DNA of 64,000 nucleotides from the human T2T-CHM13v2.0 reference genome, Homo sapiens. The notes beneath the pieces were generated by a model, which saw only the letters and a program-made list of their open reading frames with translations, was not told the origin of the DNA and did not search any database. Positions 62,811 to 64,000 of the stretch are shown piece by piece. Position numbers and translations under genes: made by a program. Where the stretch lies: NCBI RefSeq assembly GCF_009914755.1, contig NC_060930.1; one strand, given 5' to 3'. The stretch's first letter is position 1. Each line of letters begins with the position of its first letter.

Positions 62811-63527
62811 AAAACCTAATTATAAAAGCCCAAGTACTAGAATACAGAATGATGCTGATTTTGCCACTATCTACTTACATGATTTGAAACAAATATTTTA
62901 CTTTTGTGGAGTCTGGTCCCTCAGACACCTCCACAAAAACTCTAAGTTTCCCCAGAACAATTAAAAAAGTAAAAGTCCTTCCCAGACATAACTTTATTTA
63001 CTGCTGAATTCCTGAATACTAGATATGATGTCATGGCTATAACTGATATTTGTTTGTAAATAATAAGATAGGAGATAAATTCTTATTTAATTCCAATATT
63101 CATTTCATCTCTAGTTCTTATGTTACATATCAGGAGCTATTTGCTTTGCTTTCAGAAGAAAACTAGAGCCAAAAAGAAATTTATAAAGAGCTAAGTGAAC
63201 AAATCTAAATGAAAGCAGTATACACAATACCTAATTGATCATAATTTGACTCATTCTGTTCCTAAATAAGATATACTTTTTTGTTTGTAGTTCACTGAAA
63301 ATTATTCCAGAGACATCTGAAACCTCTTTAATATTCTCCTCAGCATGTAAAACTTTTCTAGTCTAGCATCTCATTACCTTATCCACACTATACCTGTCTG
63401 AACATTCGGCTCCAGTCATTAGCATAAACATACACTACAAACATTATTAATGAGATACATATCAAGGGACCCAAGCAAGCTATTAACCACCTGGGGTAAC
63501 TGCATGTTTCTGTATAAAAACCTTTAG

Positions 63528-63828
<301 letters not shown>

Positions 63829-64000
63829 ACTGTTACAGCAGCAAATACAGAAGCTGCCTAAACATACTGCAGTTTATCCACACAACAACTATTTCTACAA
63901 CACGCTATTCACAAGTCACGAAGTGTATTTGTTAGGGCACATGTAGTATGACCACACATTGAGCACCCTGCTCTAACAAAGGCATAGGACACGATTTTCA

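Overview
Primate (almost certainly human) intronic DNA, AT-rich and dense in repeats. The whole window lies inside RNGTT (mRNA capping enzyme) on the minus strand. Three coding exons of the guanylyltransferase domain are present: 38043-38178 (136 nt), 34169-34240 (72 nt) and 28771-28935 (165 nt). All have GT-AG boundaries and splice in frame. From memory of the gene structure they are exons 9-11 (about residues 299-423). They sit between two long introns that run off both ends of the window. The rest is about 24 Alu/FLAM copies, one full-length but inactivated L1PA7-like LINE-1 with target-site duplications (TSDs; 11507-18000), old L1/L2/MIR fragments, DNA transposons, LTRs, microsatellites and a 35-nt U2 snRNA retro-fragment. 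I see no convincing new biological system. The most interesting observations are: (i) a 132-bp unique segment copied into a TA microsatellite, preceded by three short restarts of the same donor sequence; (ii) an intact ORF0-like antisense ORF in the L1, pointing in the RNGTT sense direction; (iii) an inverted-Alu layout favouring circularisation or skipping of the exon cluster; (iv) a very young AluY. Repeat subfamily names and exon numbers are recalled by eye, not computed, and old repeat boundaries are approximate.
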